Of a stretch of DNA of 47,539 bases, positions 24,159 through 35,636 are shown piece after piece. Numbering within the stretch: position 1 is the first letter of the stretch; every line of letters starts with the position of its first letter. The notes under the pieces are model-generated. The model did no database searches, was not told the origin of the DNA, and worked only from the letters and a program-made list of their open reading frames with translations. Origin of the DNA: Macrostomum lignano (Eukaryota); NCBI GenBank assembly GCA_002269645.1, contig NIVC01004144.1:1-47539 (forward strand), read 5' to 3'. The translations under genes were made by a program, and so were the position numbers.

Positions 24159-25397
24159 GTGAGCAGCAAGTGAACCAAATGACGGATGCAGCGGCGAGAT
24201 CAGAATGCTCGCTGCTGATCGTTAAAGCGCATTCTTGTCTCTTAGGCATGTCGCTGGCGTGGCTGACTTCAGAATCTGCGAGGAAAAGAAATCAATTAAG
24301 ATAGGCTTGCTTTAGTAATCATTAATAGGCTATAAAGGAACCCTTTAATAGAACGTGTTCAACTAATGCTGGGTCTGTTTTGAAAAGTCAGAACTCAGAA
24401 GTAGTCGCGATTAGAATCAGTATTGTCCCAATAAGTGCGACCCAACAAATGCTGTTCAAAAAATAGGCCTGGCTGCAATGTCCCAATAAATGCCCAACAA
24501 ATTACTAGCCTTGAGCTAGGCTGGGCTGTGTTTACTATTCTTGCGTTTGTAGCTTGTGTCCCAACAATGCCACTGAGATTGTTGCATTGCTTTTGAATTG
24601 TGCTCTACCAAGTAACACAAGTACTCTGGTGTACAATACTTCTACAGCAGATAATACTCACCCAAAACAGATCGTCTCTTTCTCTTTAATCCTGTGCCGG
24701 ACGGGTTTTCTTCAGATCCACCAGAAAATTCACAAATAGACTGACTGCCTGCACGGATAGCGGCTGCTGCTGCTGCTGCTGCTGCTGCGGCTTGTGAGCA
24801 GCAAGTGAACCAAATGACGGATGCAGCGGCGAGATCAGAATGCTCGCTGCTGATCGTTAAAGCGCATTCTTGTCTCTTAGGCATGTCGCTGGCGTTGCTG
24901 ACTTCAGAAGCTGCGAGGAAAAGAAATCAATTAAGATAGGCTTGCTTTAGTAATCATTAATAGGCTATAAAGGAACCCTTTAATAGAACGTGTTCAACTA
25001 ATGCTGGGTCTGTTTTGAAAAGTCAGAACTCAGAAGTAGTCGCGATTAGAATCAGTATTGTCCCAATAAGTGCGACCCAACAAATGCTGTTCAAAAAATA
25101 GGCCTGGCTGCAATGTCCCAATAAATGCCCAACAAATTACTAGCCTTGAGCTAGGCTGGGCTGTGTTTACTATTCTTTGCGTTTGTAGCTTGTGTCCCAA
25201 CAATGCCACTGAGATTGTTGCATTGCTTTTGAATTGTGCTCTATCAGGTAACACAAGTACTCTGGTGTACAATACTTCTACAGCAGATAATACTCACCCA
25301 AAACAGATCGTCTCTTTCTCTTTAATCCTGTGCCAGACGGGTTTTCTTCAGATCCACCAGAAAATTCACAAATAGACTGACTGCCTGCACGGATAGC

Positions 25398-25430
<33 letters not shown>

Positions 25431-25475
25431 GGCTTGTGAGCAGCAAGTGAACCAAATGACGGATGCAGCGGCGAG
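18915..25475. repeat. Tandem array of ~640-655-bp units (~10 units, 11 variable (CTG)n tracts)
   Basis: Units are near-identical. Marker gactgactgcctgcacggatagcgg recurs about every 650 bp from ~19563 to ~25375. Confidence 0.98.
19486..19752 (-). CDS. Representative symmetric phase-1 exon of the 650-bp array (DSEVSNASDMPKRQ...polyAla...GTGLKRKRRSVL)
   Basis: Acceptor tttcttttcctcgcAG and donor TTG G/GTGAGT. The exon is 267 nt (a multiple of 3) and only phase 1 is open. Confidence 0.55.
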
Positions 25476-25492
25476 TTTGAATGCGGATGAAC
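25298..25492 (-). CDS. First exon of the array, with its own acceptor (GSSAFKLAAASVIW...SVL)
   Basis: Acceptor tttttcttttgtgcgcccacgcacAG, the same GTGAGT donor, 195 nt, phase 1-1. Confidence 0.5.
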
Positions 25493-26051
25493 CTGTGCGT
25501 GGGCGCACAAAAGAAAAATAACTCATGAGAAATCGGTCTGATTTGTTTGAAAACAGATTTAAATGTCGCTGTTCTAATAAATGCTTCATTGTCAATGAAA
25601 TTTTACTGTACAATTAAAATACTCGAGGTTTGTCCCAACGCTGCTGCTTGTGTGAGTCAGATGGAGTACAATTTTCACTTTCCCGATAGTGCCGCAACAA
25701 CTTACTTTCTCACTAGCTGACTGCAGGCAGGCTTGCTTGTTTTAATAATGCCCTAGAGAACAAAACACTTATTGCAATTGAGTTTCAGTTACTAGGAGTT
25801 GCAATTTTTTGAGATCCTATCTCTTTGCTGACCGCCCATCTTTCCATTCAGATGAGCTTCTTTTTTGCTGCTGACTCTGCCCTGCTTTTCTTTCGGCGTT
25901 TGCCTTTGCAGTAAGCTTTGTTTCTCGTTCTAGAATGCTGTCATTTTTATACTGTTCTTTAGTTATGCAATAGCACTGCTTTGGGTAAAAAAATAATTCG
26001 ACTATCGAATTATAACAGTAATATATTACATTAGTTGCCCAGAAAACTCAC

Positions 26052-26846
26052 ATAGTATTTCTCCAAGTCTCTAGTACTGTGGGCGATGTGTCGTGCGAGA
26101 TTTCTTTCCCAAATGTTTTGATTGAAACTTTTAGTAAAATTTGTTCTTCCTAGAAGTGTAAATTTTGCCTACTTATGATTGCTCAACTGGCTGTTGTAAA
26201 TTAATTGATAAATAAGGTGATCGTCCCGCCTCTCTTATATTTCACTGAGCTCAGAGTATTACTAGGCTGCTTATTATTTTTTTCAACCTACAAAAAATAC
26301 GACATATACGAGTACGAGACAAGACTTACTTGACAATGAAGGCCAATCTGTTTGTTATAGAAGAAAACGGTAGCTTATCGATATCAACGTATCTGGAATT
26401 TTAGAAAAGTACATATGTAAATTCCGGTTAAGTTTTTATTTAATCATAAAATTTTAAAAAGAATTTTAAATTCTACTTACATATGTGTAATGGTTCCTAG
26501 CCAAGTCTTTTCATGCCAGGTCATGCATGGAAACTCTTGTGACGTGGCACATTTTGTCTGTGTAGTGCAGGTCTCGTAAATGAATTATATTCGTTTGAAC
26601 ATATGCAGTACGCCGTTTGTCAAAGGGAACTTCTACATGTACCTTTCCATTAGAATTGGCTCTTCCTCTTGTAGGCCTCAACTTCAGTGTAAACTTTATC
26701 CTGACTCCCTTGCGCCCGCCTCTCCTCCCCGCTTCCCCCCGCCGCGATAGGAATGTACACGTGGCCTGGGTAAGGGATTGCCTGGGTCTTGTACACGCTT
26801 GTCTTAACACTTCTGCTCTGTACGTGGGTTTATCTTTACGATCCAA
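26052..26846 (-). pseudogene. Intron-containing tyrosine-recombinase-like pseudogene (Crypton-like fold)
   Basis: Exons 26392-26330 and 26190-26052 splice in phase 2 to YVDIDKLPFSSITNRLAFIVNQLSNHK*AKFTLLGRTNFTKSFNQNIWERNLARHIAHSTRDLEKYY, which resembles YR box II (R..H..Y). ORF 26511-26846 contains QACTRPRQSLTQAT (possible box I Arg) and VEVPFDKRRTAY (possible catalytic Lys). Motif recognition only. Confidence 0.45.
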
Positions 26847-27940
26847 GATAAGCAGAATTGTTTTTCAGGAAGGCCTAGTAGTTAGTTTTGGGCCAACTAG
26901 TCATCGATTTAGACTTTACAGTGACAGTGACACTCAAACATGTGCTAGCAGTCCATGCAGTCATCTTAAGTTTCTTGGTATCTCCGTACTTTTCAGTACA
27001 CCAGACGATAATTATCATAATTCTAGGAAAAATTTTGCTACATAGTATGGCTGCCCAAACCCAGGCCAATAAGGAAGTCATTTAAAGCCTTAGAGATTAA
27101 ACGTTTCCCTTTAATACTCGTCCTTGGTTTTCTCGGGAAATGCAAAGTTTTTCTTTGCCCTTTATTTCTTTGCTCTAAAAGCGCTTCATAAGACTGTGAG
27201 AATTTCCACCGGAAAACTACCTCACTCAAAGTGTCACTTTACGTTAATGGCCTCCAGTCACTAACTTGAGTCAGTTAATACCCATTCACATATGACAAAT
27301 AGATTAATGCAGCTGACTGAAAACGAGAATTTCAGTTAAAATGGCCGAGGGCACAGGCGGATGTAACCTTAATTTGCCATGTTTCGTGTATAAGTGAAAT
27401 TGGAAGCTAATGAATTTAGATGCTAGCTGTTTCTATGCAAAAATCTAAATATACTAAATCTATAAGGTTTGTATGCTTGATTGTAATATTCTAAATCTTT
27501 ATTAAATTATTTCATATTTTATAGTAAACACGATGCCAAATGTCAGGATCCTTTCAAGTGTCGATTGGCAGCCCTGTGGAGAACCTCTATCTGTTACTTG
27601 TAGTAGACTTTCTTGATATTGTAAGAAATATTGTAATAAAACGAGAATTCCGATTTGAGACCCAATTGTTCTGTTGGATCAGACCATCAGTTCGCATAAT
27701 TTTTTAAACTTCTTAGGACACTGCAAATCATTAGATTCCCGTGTTTGATTAAAAATATGAAAAAATGACATTGATTTTTGAAAGGAGAATCGAAAGACGG
27801 TTCCAATGAATATTTTTTCATTTCAATAGAATTCATTTTTGGAAGTGTCGGGACGCACTTATTGGGCCTGGCCCAACACATTTTTGGTCCTAATAGCACG
27901 GGTCAGTTTATACACGCTTGTCCCAAGAAATGCCTAATGC

Positions 27941-27941
27941 A

Positions 27942-27982
<41 letters not shown>
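27941..27982. repeat. (CA)n microsatellite
   Basis: Direct reading of the sequence. Confidence 0.95.
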
Positions 27983-27987
<5 letters not shown>

Positions 27988-28002
27988 ACACGTGAACTTT
28001 AG

Positions 28003-28425
28003 TATAGTATTTGTCATGCTATCTCAGCCTAGAGACATCCAAACTCAGCCAGTCCCATTCCGCAATGCGTTTTTTTGGCTCGAGCTAGTCGACTTTTACC
28101 ATAGACATGCTTCTTAAGGCCATGCTATCTCAGCCTGGGACATGCAATCTCAGCCAATATAGATTTCAATTGCAAACAGATCTCAATGCTATCATTTCTA
28201 TAACGTGACATGAAATGGCAACAAACAGCAATGAATGAACGCAGCAAGAAAAGTCAGTAAGGGTACGCAACAACGCTGAGATTGCATGTCCCAGGCTGAG
28301 ATAGCATGGCCTTAAGAAGCATGTCTATGGTAAAACTTGACTGGCTTACGTAAAAAATCGCACTGTCGAGATGGGCTGGCTGAGTTTGGATGTCTCTAGG
28401 CTGAGATAGCATGACAAATACTATA
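28003..28425. mobile_element. MITE with ~150-bp terminal inverted repeats
   Basis: tatagtatttgtcatgctatctcagcctagagacatccaaactcagcc is inverted at 28425-28378. The inner ttttaccatagacatgcttcttaaggccatgctatctcagcctgggacatgcaatctcagc is perfectly inverted at ~28276-28336. TA-rich ends. Confidence 0.9.
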
Positions 28426-29154
28426 TATGCAGATATAAGATAAGAAAGAAGATAGATAGATAGAGAGACAGAGAGATAGCTTTAAAAGCAAGCAAAAATA
28501 CCTTGAAATTAAATTGAATGAACTTACAAATGAACTATCATACGAATATTATACGTACGCACAAAACAGACACAAACAAAACATTCTTTGTTAATTTGTT
28601 TTTGCACCACTCACAAATCGAATGTGGGTAGTGCATTGAGGTAAGATGAACTTAGTATAGAAGAATAAGGGAATCATACCGCAATATTTTATGCACGACT
28701 TAGACTTGATTGATCAGTGGCTTAATTTTGTTCTATTAATTCTGCACTACTCAAAAAAGCACTCCAGGATTTGATATTGCACCAAATTTTGTCCCTGGAG
28801 TCTCGGAGGGGCTCCTCTCGTGACCGAGGTGCACTTATCTCCGAGCACTGCCACCTGAAACCTGCCACCTGCAGGCACGGTGGACAGCGGCTATGCTAAT
28901 TTCTCATATATCTCTATTCATCTAATTTTGAGAAACTTTAAAGTTTTTTGTCACAAAACCTAATGGAAATGAGAATGGAACCTACGGAATCTGCCAATTT
29001 TACCATAGAATCTGCGAAGTTGACAACAGAATCTGCCAATTTCACTTGCTCCAACGAACCCCCACCCCAAAAAAGCTTTAAAACGTTTTAACACTTGTTA
29101 ATTATTATTTTATTTGTAATTTTTAACAGAAAATTAAACAACAAAATTGTTTTC

Positions 29155-29562
29155 CTAAACAAAATAGCCTAATATGGTGCCTAATGGTATGATATGGTGC
29201 CATATGGTATTATCTGGTGTTCTTCTCTGTGCTCCTCTTGAACTCGTCGCCGCATCTCTAATGCAGCCCGTCGCGCGTTTTCTGTTTGCGTGCACCGCCC
29301 GGCCTTTTTTGAGCGGTAATGGACCAGGTGGCCTAAGCGCCAGCGACGGCGGCGTTGGCGGCGTTGGTGGCGTCGGCGGCATCTCCGGCACCTGCGGGAT
29401 AGGAGTCGGGGGCGTCTGCGGGATAGGGGGAGGCGGGGGCGGGGGCATCTGCGCGGGCATCTGTGGGAGAGCGTGCGGCGGGGGCGGGCGCTGCTGAAGG
29501 TCCAACAACTCTCTTAGGGCCGCTCGCAGTTGGGCTACTGTTAACCGGTCGAGATCAGACAT
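29155..29562 (-). CDS. Hypothetical protein: SAP-like amphipathic helix, Pro-rich tract and basic patch
   Basis: MSDLDRLTVAQLRAALRELLDL, then PPTP repeats, then LKKGRAVHANRKR. The ORF is a GC-rich island in AT-rich flanks and has a paralogous motif at ~31890-31950. Confidence 0.5.
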   Translation of the reverse strand: MSDLDRLTVAQLRAALRELLDLQQRPPPPHALPQMPAQMPPPPPPPIPQTPPTPIPQVPEMPPTPPTPPTPPSLALRPPGPLPLKKGRAVHANRKRATGCIRDAATSSRGAQRRTPDNTIWHHIIPLGTILGYFV

Positions 29563-29784
29563 GGCGCCAGATGAAAAATCTTAGAGCTAAAAAAATTGAG
29601 CTCACGCAGGCAGCCAAAAAATGACAAGTCGCCTGTACTTCACAAATGCACAGTTGCTCGAATGACCAAATCGCATGACCACACTCACCTAGGCTCCCTT
29701 TACAGGGCTGCGTCAGCATCTGGGTTCCCCCAACACTAACCGCGTGCACACGACATTGGTGGGAGGGGCGGGAATCCCTCGCCG

Positions 29785-29990
29785 GATGTACACTCGCTGG
29801 AGGCCCACCCTGCTGGATGTACACTCGCTGGAGGCCCACCCCGCTGGAGGTACACTCGCTGGAGGCCCACCCTGCTGGAGGTACACTCGCTGGACGCCCA
29901 CCCTGCCAGATGTACACTTGCTGGAGGCCCACCCCGCTGGAGGTACACCTGGACCCCGCTGGAGGTACACCCCTGGGGAGGTGGTACACC
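29785..29990. repeat. 31-bp minisatellite (gaggtacactcgctggaggcccaccctgctg), ~6 copies
   Basis: Period is 31 (29785, 29816, ...). Confidence 0.95.
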
Positions 29991-30471
29991 CCGAGGGAGC
30001 ACCTTGCCGGCCGCGTCGGTGCTAGAGGCCGACATCAGCCCGACGGACCTTCGCAAAACGACCCTATCTGCCAGTTTATAGTAGTTTTGTCAAAGAGAAA
30101 AAAAAATTAATATTTTATTTGTTATTGGGTATTTATGGTAATTATTATAGTTTCAGAAATCAATTTTTTGCTTTGGTTTATTTAATTTTATTTTTAACAG
30201 AAAATTATTTGTCCTCCTGCCAAATTTTTTCTTCCTGCCGCCTCTGCCGCCGCGTCCGCCCGTGGTGCTCGTGAGTCCTTGTCGTTACTCCTGAAATGTT
30301 GGTTTACTAAAAGATTATACATTCTGTAACATAATATATGATTACATCATAATTGCTATAAGCTAAAGCTGATGTCTTGCTAATTGGGAGTCTGCTTTTG
30401 GTGTTTGTTTGCCTCATAAAAAAAGAAATACAAACTGAATATGTCAGTTTCAAGGTGCCGGGTTGAATCAC

Positions 30472-32555
30472 TCATAATGACCAATGGGTTTGTATTTTGC
30501 GTTTTTTCGAAAGTCCGGTACCCTGAGCCAATCGGAGAGACTGACAAGTATGGACTTTCCGCAAGGCACGCGTTGCCCCCCCCCTTCCCCCCCCAGAGAC
30601 CTGCGAGAATGCCAGAAAACAACTCGTAGTTGCACAGCGCGTATTTAAGTTGCGGGTTTACCTTGCGCTTCCGCTTGGCAGACCGGGCCTCCCTCGCCGG
30701 CTGCGTTTGCAGCCGTCGCTTCTCCTTCTGCGTCAGCGGCGGCGGCGGCGGCGGCGGGGGTGTCGGCGAATGCGGCGGCGGCGGAGTTGTCGGCGGCGGT
30801 GGCGGAGGTGTCGGCGGCGGTGGCGGAGATGCCGGCGGCGGCAGCGGGGGTGTCGGCGGATGCGGAGGTGTCGGCGAATGCGGCGGCGGTGGCGGAGGTG
30901 TCGGCGGCGGTGGCGGAGATGTCAGCGGCGGTGGCGGAGGTGTCTGCGGCGGTGGCGGAGATGTCAGCGGCGGTGGCGGAGGTGTCGGCGGCGGTGGCGG
31001 AGATGCCGGCGGCGGCAGCGGAGGTGTCGGCGGATGCGGAGGTGTCGGCGAATGCGGCGGAGGTGGCGGAGGTGTCGGCGGCGGTGGCGGAGTTGTCAGC
31101 GGCGGTGGCGGAGGTGTCGGCGGCGGTGGCGGAGATGCCGGCGGCGGCAGCGGAGGTGTCGGCGGATGCGGAGGTGTCGGCGGATTTGGAGGTGTCGGCG
31201 AATGCGGCGGCGGTGGCGGAGGTGTCGGCGGCGGTGGCGGAGGTGTCGGCGGCGGAGGTGTCGGCGGCGGTGGCGGAGATGTCGGTGGCGGAGGTGTCGG
31301 CGGCGGTGGTGGAGATGTCGGCGGCGGAAGTGTCGGCGGCGGTGGCGGAGATGTCGGCGGCGGCAGCGGAGGTGTCGGCGGATGCGGAGGTGTTGCTGCT
31401 GCTGCGGCGGCTGGTGCTGCTGCTGCTGCGGCTGGTGTTGCTGCTGCTGCTGCTGCTGCTCCGGCGCCGGCGGTCGCGGCGGCAGTGTGCAACAGTGATT
31501 CCGAGGAAAGTGGAAGTTTATTTTTTTTAGTAAAGAGCGCTAATTGACAATTACTTGGAAATCGAAAATATTTGTACAAATTTTAGTTTCTTATATCACT
31601 TTAGTCACAGTTGCGTCTGATACATCCTACTTCTAAGTAAGAACAGTTTAAATCCTTAAATCTGTTCTAATGCACATTGCCAGGCAATGGCAAAGAAAAA
31701 ATTGCCAAACAATGAAAAATTAGCTTTCAGCAAAAACTCTCAGCATTTAAGCTGTCAGCATTTAAGCTCTCAGCATTTAAGCTCTCAGCATTTAAGCTCT
31801 CAGCATTTAAGCTCTCAGCATTTAAGCTCTCAGCATTTAAGCTCTCACACAGTGTTCACCGAGTAAATACTCATCACCTACCAGCTGGTGGCAGCTCCAA
31901 CACTTGGCGCAGCACTTGGCGCAGCTGCGCAGCATCTAGGCGGTCGACGACCGTTGCCGCCTGATGCTGCTGCGGCTGCTGCGGCTGCTGCGGCTGTTGC
32001 GGCTGCTCCAACTGCGGGGCGAGCGACCCCTGCACTATGGCCGGCAGGTTATTGAGGTCGCCCCCCCGCAGCTCCACCCCGTGGGTCCAGAGGACAGAGC
32101 CGGCACCCACGCGCCAGTACATCCTCTGGAGTAAAATGAAATGGGATGGGTGGGATACAGCTCTCAGGTCAGCAAGAGAGCGAGAGTGTGAGCGAAAGCG
32201 AGAGTGATATCGAGAGAGCGAGAGCATGAGAGCGAGAGCGAGAGTGAGAGCAAGAGCGAGAGAGCGAGAGCAAGTGGCAAGGAAAGGGAAATAATAACAT
32301 AGGATGAGTACTTACGGAGTTCCCTCCAGAGTATTGGTAGGTCTGCGCGGCGTGCCGACGGCCGCCTGAAGCACCTCCGACGCCCAGAAGACATGGGCAC
32401 AACCTATCCCGCACCTGTGCGGGTCGGCCCTGCATGTTTACCCAGATGGCAAATTTGCCAACTGGGCAAACAAACTGAGCACCGACAGGTGCGGGCTCGA
32501 TTGTGACAGCACCCATGCCTTCTGGGCCTGCTTGCATGTAATCTTCGACCTTCAT
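30472..32555 (-). CDS. Putative four-exon gene: unknown N-terminal domain, QQP repeats, SAP-like helix, long Pro-rich repeat and basic tail. Exons 32555-32316, 32125-31882, ~31455-30662, 30600-30472
   Basis: TCC/GTAAGT..ttttactccAG/AGG is a phase 0 in-frame junction. Donor G/GTAGGT lies at 31881. AAG/GTAAAC..cattctcgcAG bounds a 61-bp intron, and the final exon is 43 codons to TGA. The acceptor of exon 3 is uncertain. Confidence 0.55.
30725..31460. repeat. GC-rich compound minisatellite (ggcggcggtggcggaggtgtc variants) encoding the Pro-rich tract on the minus strand
   Basis: All unit variants are multiples of 3, so ORFs stay open in several frames. Confidence 0.93.
31737..31846. repeat. 15-bp minisatellite (ctctcagcatttaag), ~7 copies, intronic
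   Basis: Direct reading of the sequence. Confidence 0.95.
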
Positions 32556-33606
32556 ATTGTTCTGTTGGTTGGTCCTGTTGCTGCTGCTGCAAAGTTTGGA
32601 TTTGGATTTGAATTTGGCTAACCGAATTCACACAGAAGTTCGAAGCTCGAAAAGCTGAAATGCCATAGATGATTTGCCACTTAGCCTTCGTGATAAGATA
32701 TTCATTGGTTTAATAAGCAGCTTCGGCTACTACAAGTAGCAATAAAGAAACCTACTAGTACTCCCAAAACACAAACTACAAACAAAATAAACGTTTACAA
32801 AAAGGAGTATTGTGATAAATACAATATGAATATATATTGCATGCACGATAAGCAATTTTTAGGCCCTAGACAAACCTATTTTTGGAGCGTCAGAGATTTT
32901 AAAGCTATTGGCCCTAATTGCCTATCGCCGGTCGGCGAGTTCTACCAGTCTTTCTCCAATAGTCACAGCACGGTACAAGAAAAGGAAGAACGCAGATGAA
33001 CACGAACCGAATAGATTTAGAGAGTGATAATCCTATGTGATACAGACTGATAATTGGCTAGACGATTTAATTTGATTACTTCAAGTTACAAGCTTCAATG
33101 CAACTCGCGGCGCAGATAATTTCGAACTGATAATAGCGGAAAATGATAACGAGACAACGATTAATAATAATAACTTAGTTACGCAATGGCAAGCAGATCT
33201 CAGCTGAAGAAGAAAAACCGAACACGACCACGGAGAAGACTCCTAACCCCTGGCCTAAACCAGAACCTACACTCAAACGAGAGCCCTGCCGAATTGACCG
33301 TTTAACGGAGCACTGACTAAATTCTATCAGCGCTGCCCTTCAGTGTGACACTGAGGCCCTCTGGGTCGAGGCCACGTACTTGGTCAAATCCGACAGTCTC
33401 TAACTAGACCGCGCTTAATAGCGACGACTGCAGACAGGAAATTGCCGTATCGTTACGCTACAAGACTGAAGCGGTCGGGCAAGGGAACAAAAATATGGAC
33501 CGGGGTGATGAACTCAGGCGCCTCAAAGCGCGAACCAAAGAGAGATCGGCAAACGGCCGGGAAGCCGGGACAAAAAAAATAGAAGAGAAGAGAAGGGAAG
33601 GGAAGG

Positions 33607-33795
33607 TGAGATCTGCTTGCCAAACACACTTTCATATATAGTCAGAGTCAAACCCCTCAAAACCACCCCTCAAGCCGGGTGGTGGTCGTCTGGCCGGCCG
33701 CTTGCTTAAGCCGAATTGCGCTGTGCCCGCGGCGCCGGGTAGAACTGGAACTTGCCGCGTGCCAGGGTCCAGGCCGGTTCTGATTGGCTGGCCGC
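33607..33795 (-). promoter_or_regulatory. Possible Pol II promoter on the minus strand (CCAAT, GC-rich stretch, TATA-like)
   Basis: agccaatcagaa at ~33779-33790 and tatatatgaaag at ~33630-33641 on the minus strand. Motif presence only. Confidence 0.3.
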
Positions 33796-34744
33796 GCAAA
33801 GCCGGGGTTCGCAGAGAAACTCAACCCTCCGCTGAGTCACAGTTGGCGTCTGACTTCTAGCCTGTTTACGCAAAATAAACCCTAACTAACAAGAAAAAAG
33901 TACATTGAAAACGCATGACTAAACTAAAGCAAAATAATATATCAATAACAATATAAAAACTAATACAATCAATTAACTAACAAAATACAACGCAAAAGAT
34001 GCTCACACTACAGTATACTTTTTTGTTTTTTAAACAGAGTATAACAGAGACGCAGCGCCAAAAGAGAAAGGGCGCAAAAGGAGACAACGCCTCATTGACT
34101 TAATTCAACTCACAATCGACGTGCTTTTACGTGCGAAAACATTTTTAACCTCCATTTTACGCCTCCATTTTTTAAACAACTAGAAAGTAATTGTATAACA
34201 CAGATAAACATTTCGGCAGCCAGAGTCAAAATCAAGTAAAATTCAACATCGCACTTGGAGCAAAACTTATTATTTATTATTATTGAAAATTTCTGGGTGC
34301 TGATTTTTTTATATTTTTCGATAAATGGTTCACGAAAACATATATTGGACTGCCGAGAAAACAATTGGACGACCGATCCAATTCTGGAGTCTTTACAGTA
34401 GAAACTCGAATACTTGAGTTTCGATTTTGCACGACAAAAAGTCCAAAAACCTTTTCTGGACGACCTTCTGGCGCGCTGGGACCGGCGCCATTCGACTCGG
34501 GTTGCCGAAATCTATAAGAACATCTTGTTCGCATAGCGTGAAAGCCACTCTGCAAAAATGCCAAATTGCCGACTGCAAATTGTAATCCAGGTCCACTTCT
34601 CAAATTCACGCCAGACCAAGCTGCTCATGGTAAAGATTCTGCAAGTAGTCAGGTGCTCCCGCAACCTCCAACTAATCAAAACTACCCGAGCCGCTGAGCA
34701 GTTTAGCATTGCACTGAGAGCTAAACTGGACTAGCTCTTTTTAC

Positions 34745-35037
34745 AGTTTCTACTGTAAGGACTCCATTATAGGAGTTTCTACTGTAAGGACTCCAGTATT
34801 GGAGTTTCTACTGTAAGGACTCCAGTATTGGAGTTTCTACTGTAAGGACTCCAGTATTGGAGTTTCTACTGTAAGGACTCCAGTATTGGAGTTTCTACTG
34901 TAAGGACTCCAGTATTGGAGTTTCTACTGTAAGGACTCCAGTATTGGAGTTTCTACTGTAAGGACTCCAGTATTGCAGTTTCTACTGTAAGGACTCCAGT
35001 ATTGGAGTTTCTACTGTAAGGACTCCAGTATTGGAGT
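34745..35037. repeat. 29-bp minisatellite (gagtttctactgtaaggactccagtattg), ~10 copies
   Basis: Period is 29 (34802, 34831, ...). A single inverted copy sits at 34377-34407. Confidence 0.96.
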
Positions 35038-35636
35038 CGTATTGGAGATTAATGTAGAAGTACATATGTACTGTGTACATATACAATTGGGGATAGTCAT
35101 GTACAGCTACAATTTGGGATTAATGTACATATACGAGTACATGAATTATTGTACATGGGATTAACATGTAGTATTGTTTCGAGTTGTACATGTAATCTTG
35201 GTACGCGCGCGGGCCGGCTGGGGAGGACACTGTTACATGTAGAAGTAGATTAATGTAGATCCCCAGGGCCGGAATCATGGCCAGATCATGGATGATCCAT
35301 GCATGCACCCATCCATGCATCATCCCTGATCATCTATGGACCGATCCATGTTCATAGATGGTTTCATGCTCATTCCATGGATGGCAGAATAGCCATACAT
35401 GATCATCGATGTATTACTGGACATACATACATGGACATACATGTCATACATGGACATGTATGATTGTTAATTCTGGCTGTATATACTACTCGTTAAGGCA
35501 CATTTGAGTTTTAAAGAAATAACCCAAAGAACTATAGCTCAAATTTCAGAACAAGACCTGCAACATACAAAGTACTACCACAATAATACTTCAGGCACTA
35601 CTTTAAGGTATAACTTAGAATCAACCATTGGCACTA

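Noticed and set aside
19258-25375. Plus-strand 101-aa ORFs and minus-strand 80-aa ORFs in the 650-bp units
   Set aside because: They lack splice or start context, are broken in several units, and lie in what appears to be the intron.
30630-31547. Plus-strand Gly-rich, Arg/Cys-rich and Ala-rich ORFs
   Set aside because: They are alternative frames of a triplet-multiple repeat; splice signals support the minus-strand Pro frame instead.
33344-33841. Definite solo LTR
   Set aside because: TG..CA ends are present but the flanks (ttcag/gttgg) give no TSD and no internal poly-A signal is evident. Kept only as a hypothesis.
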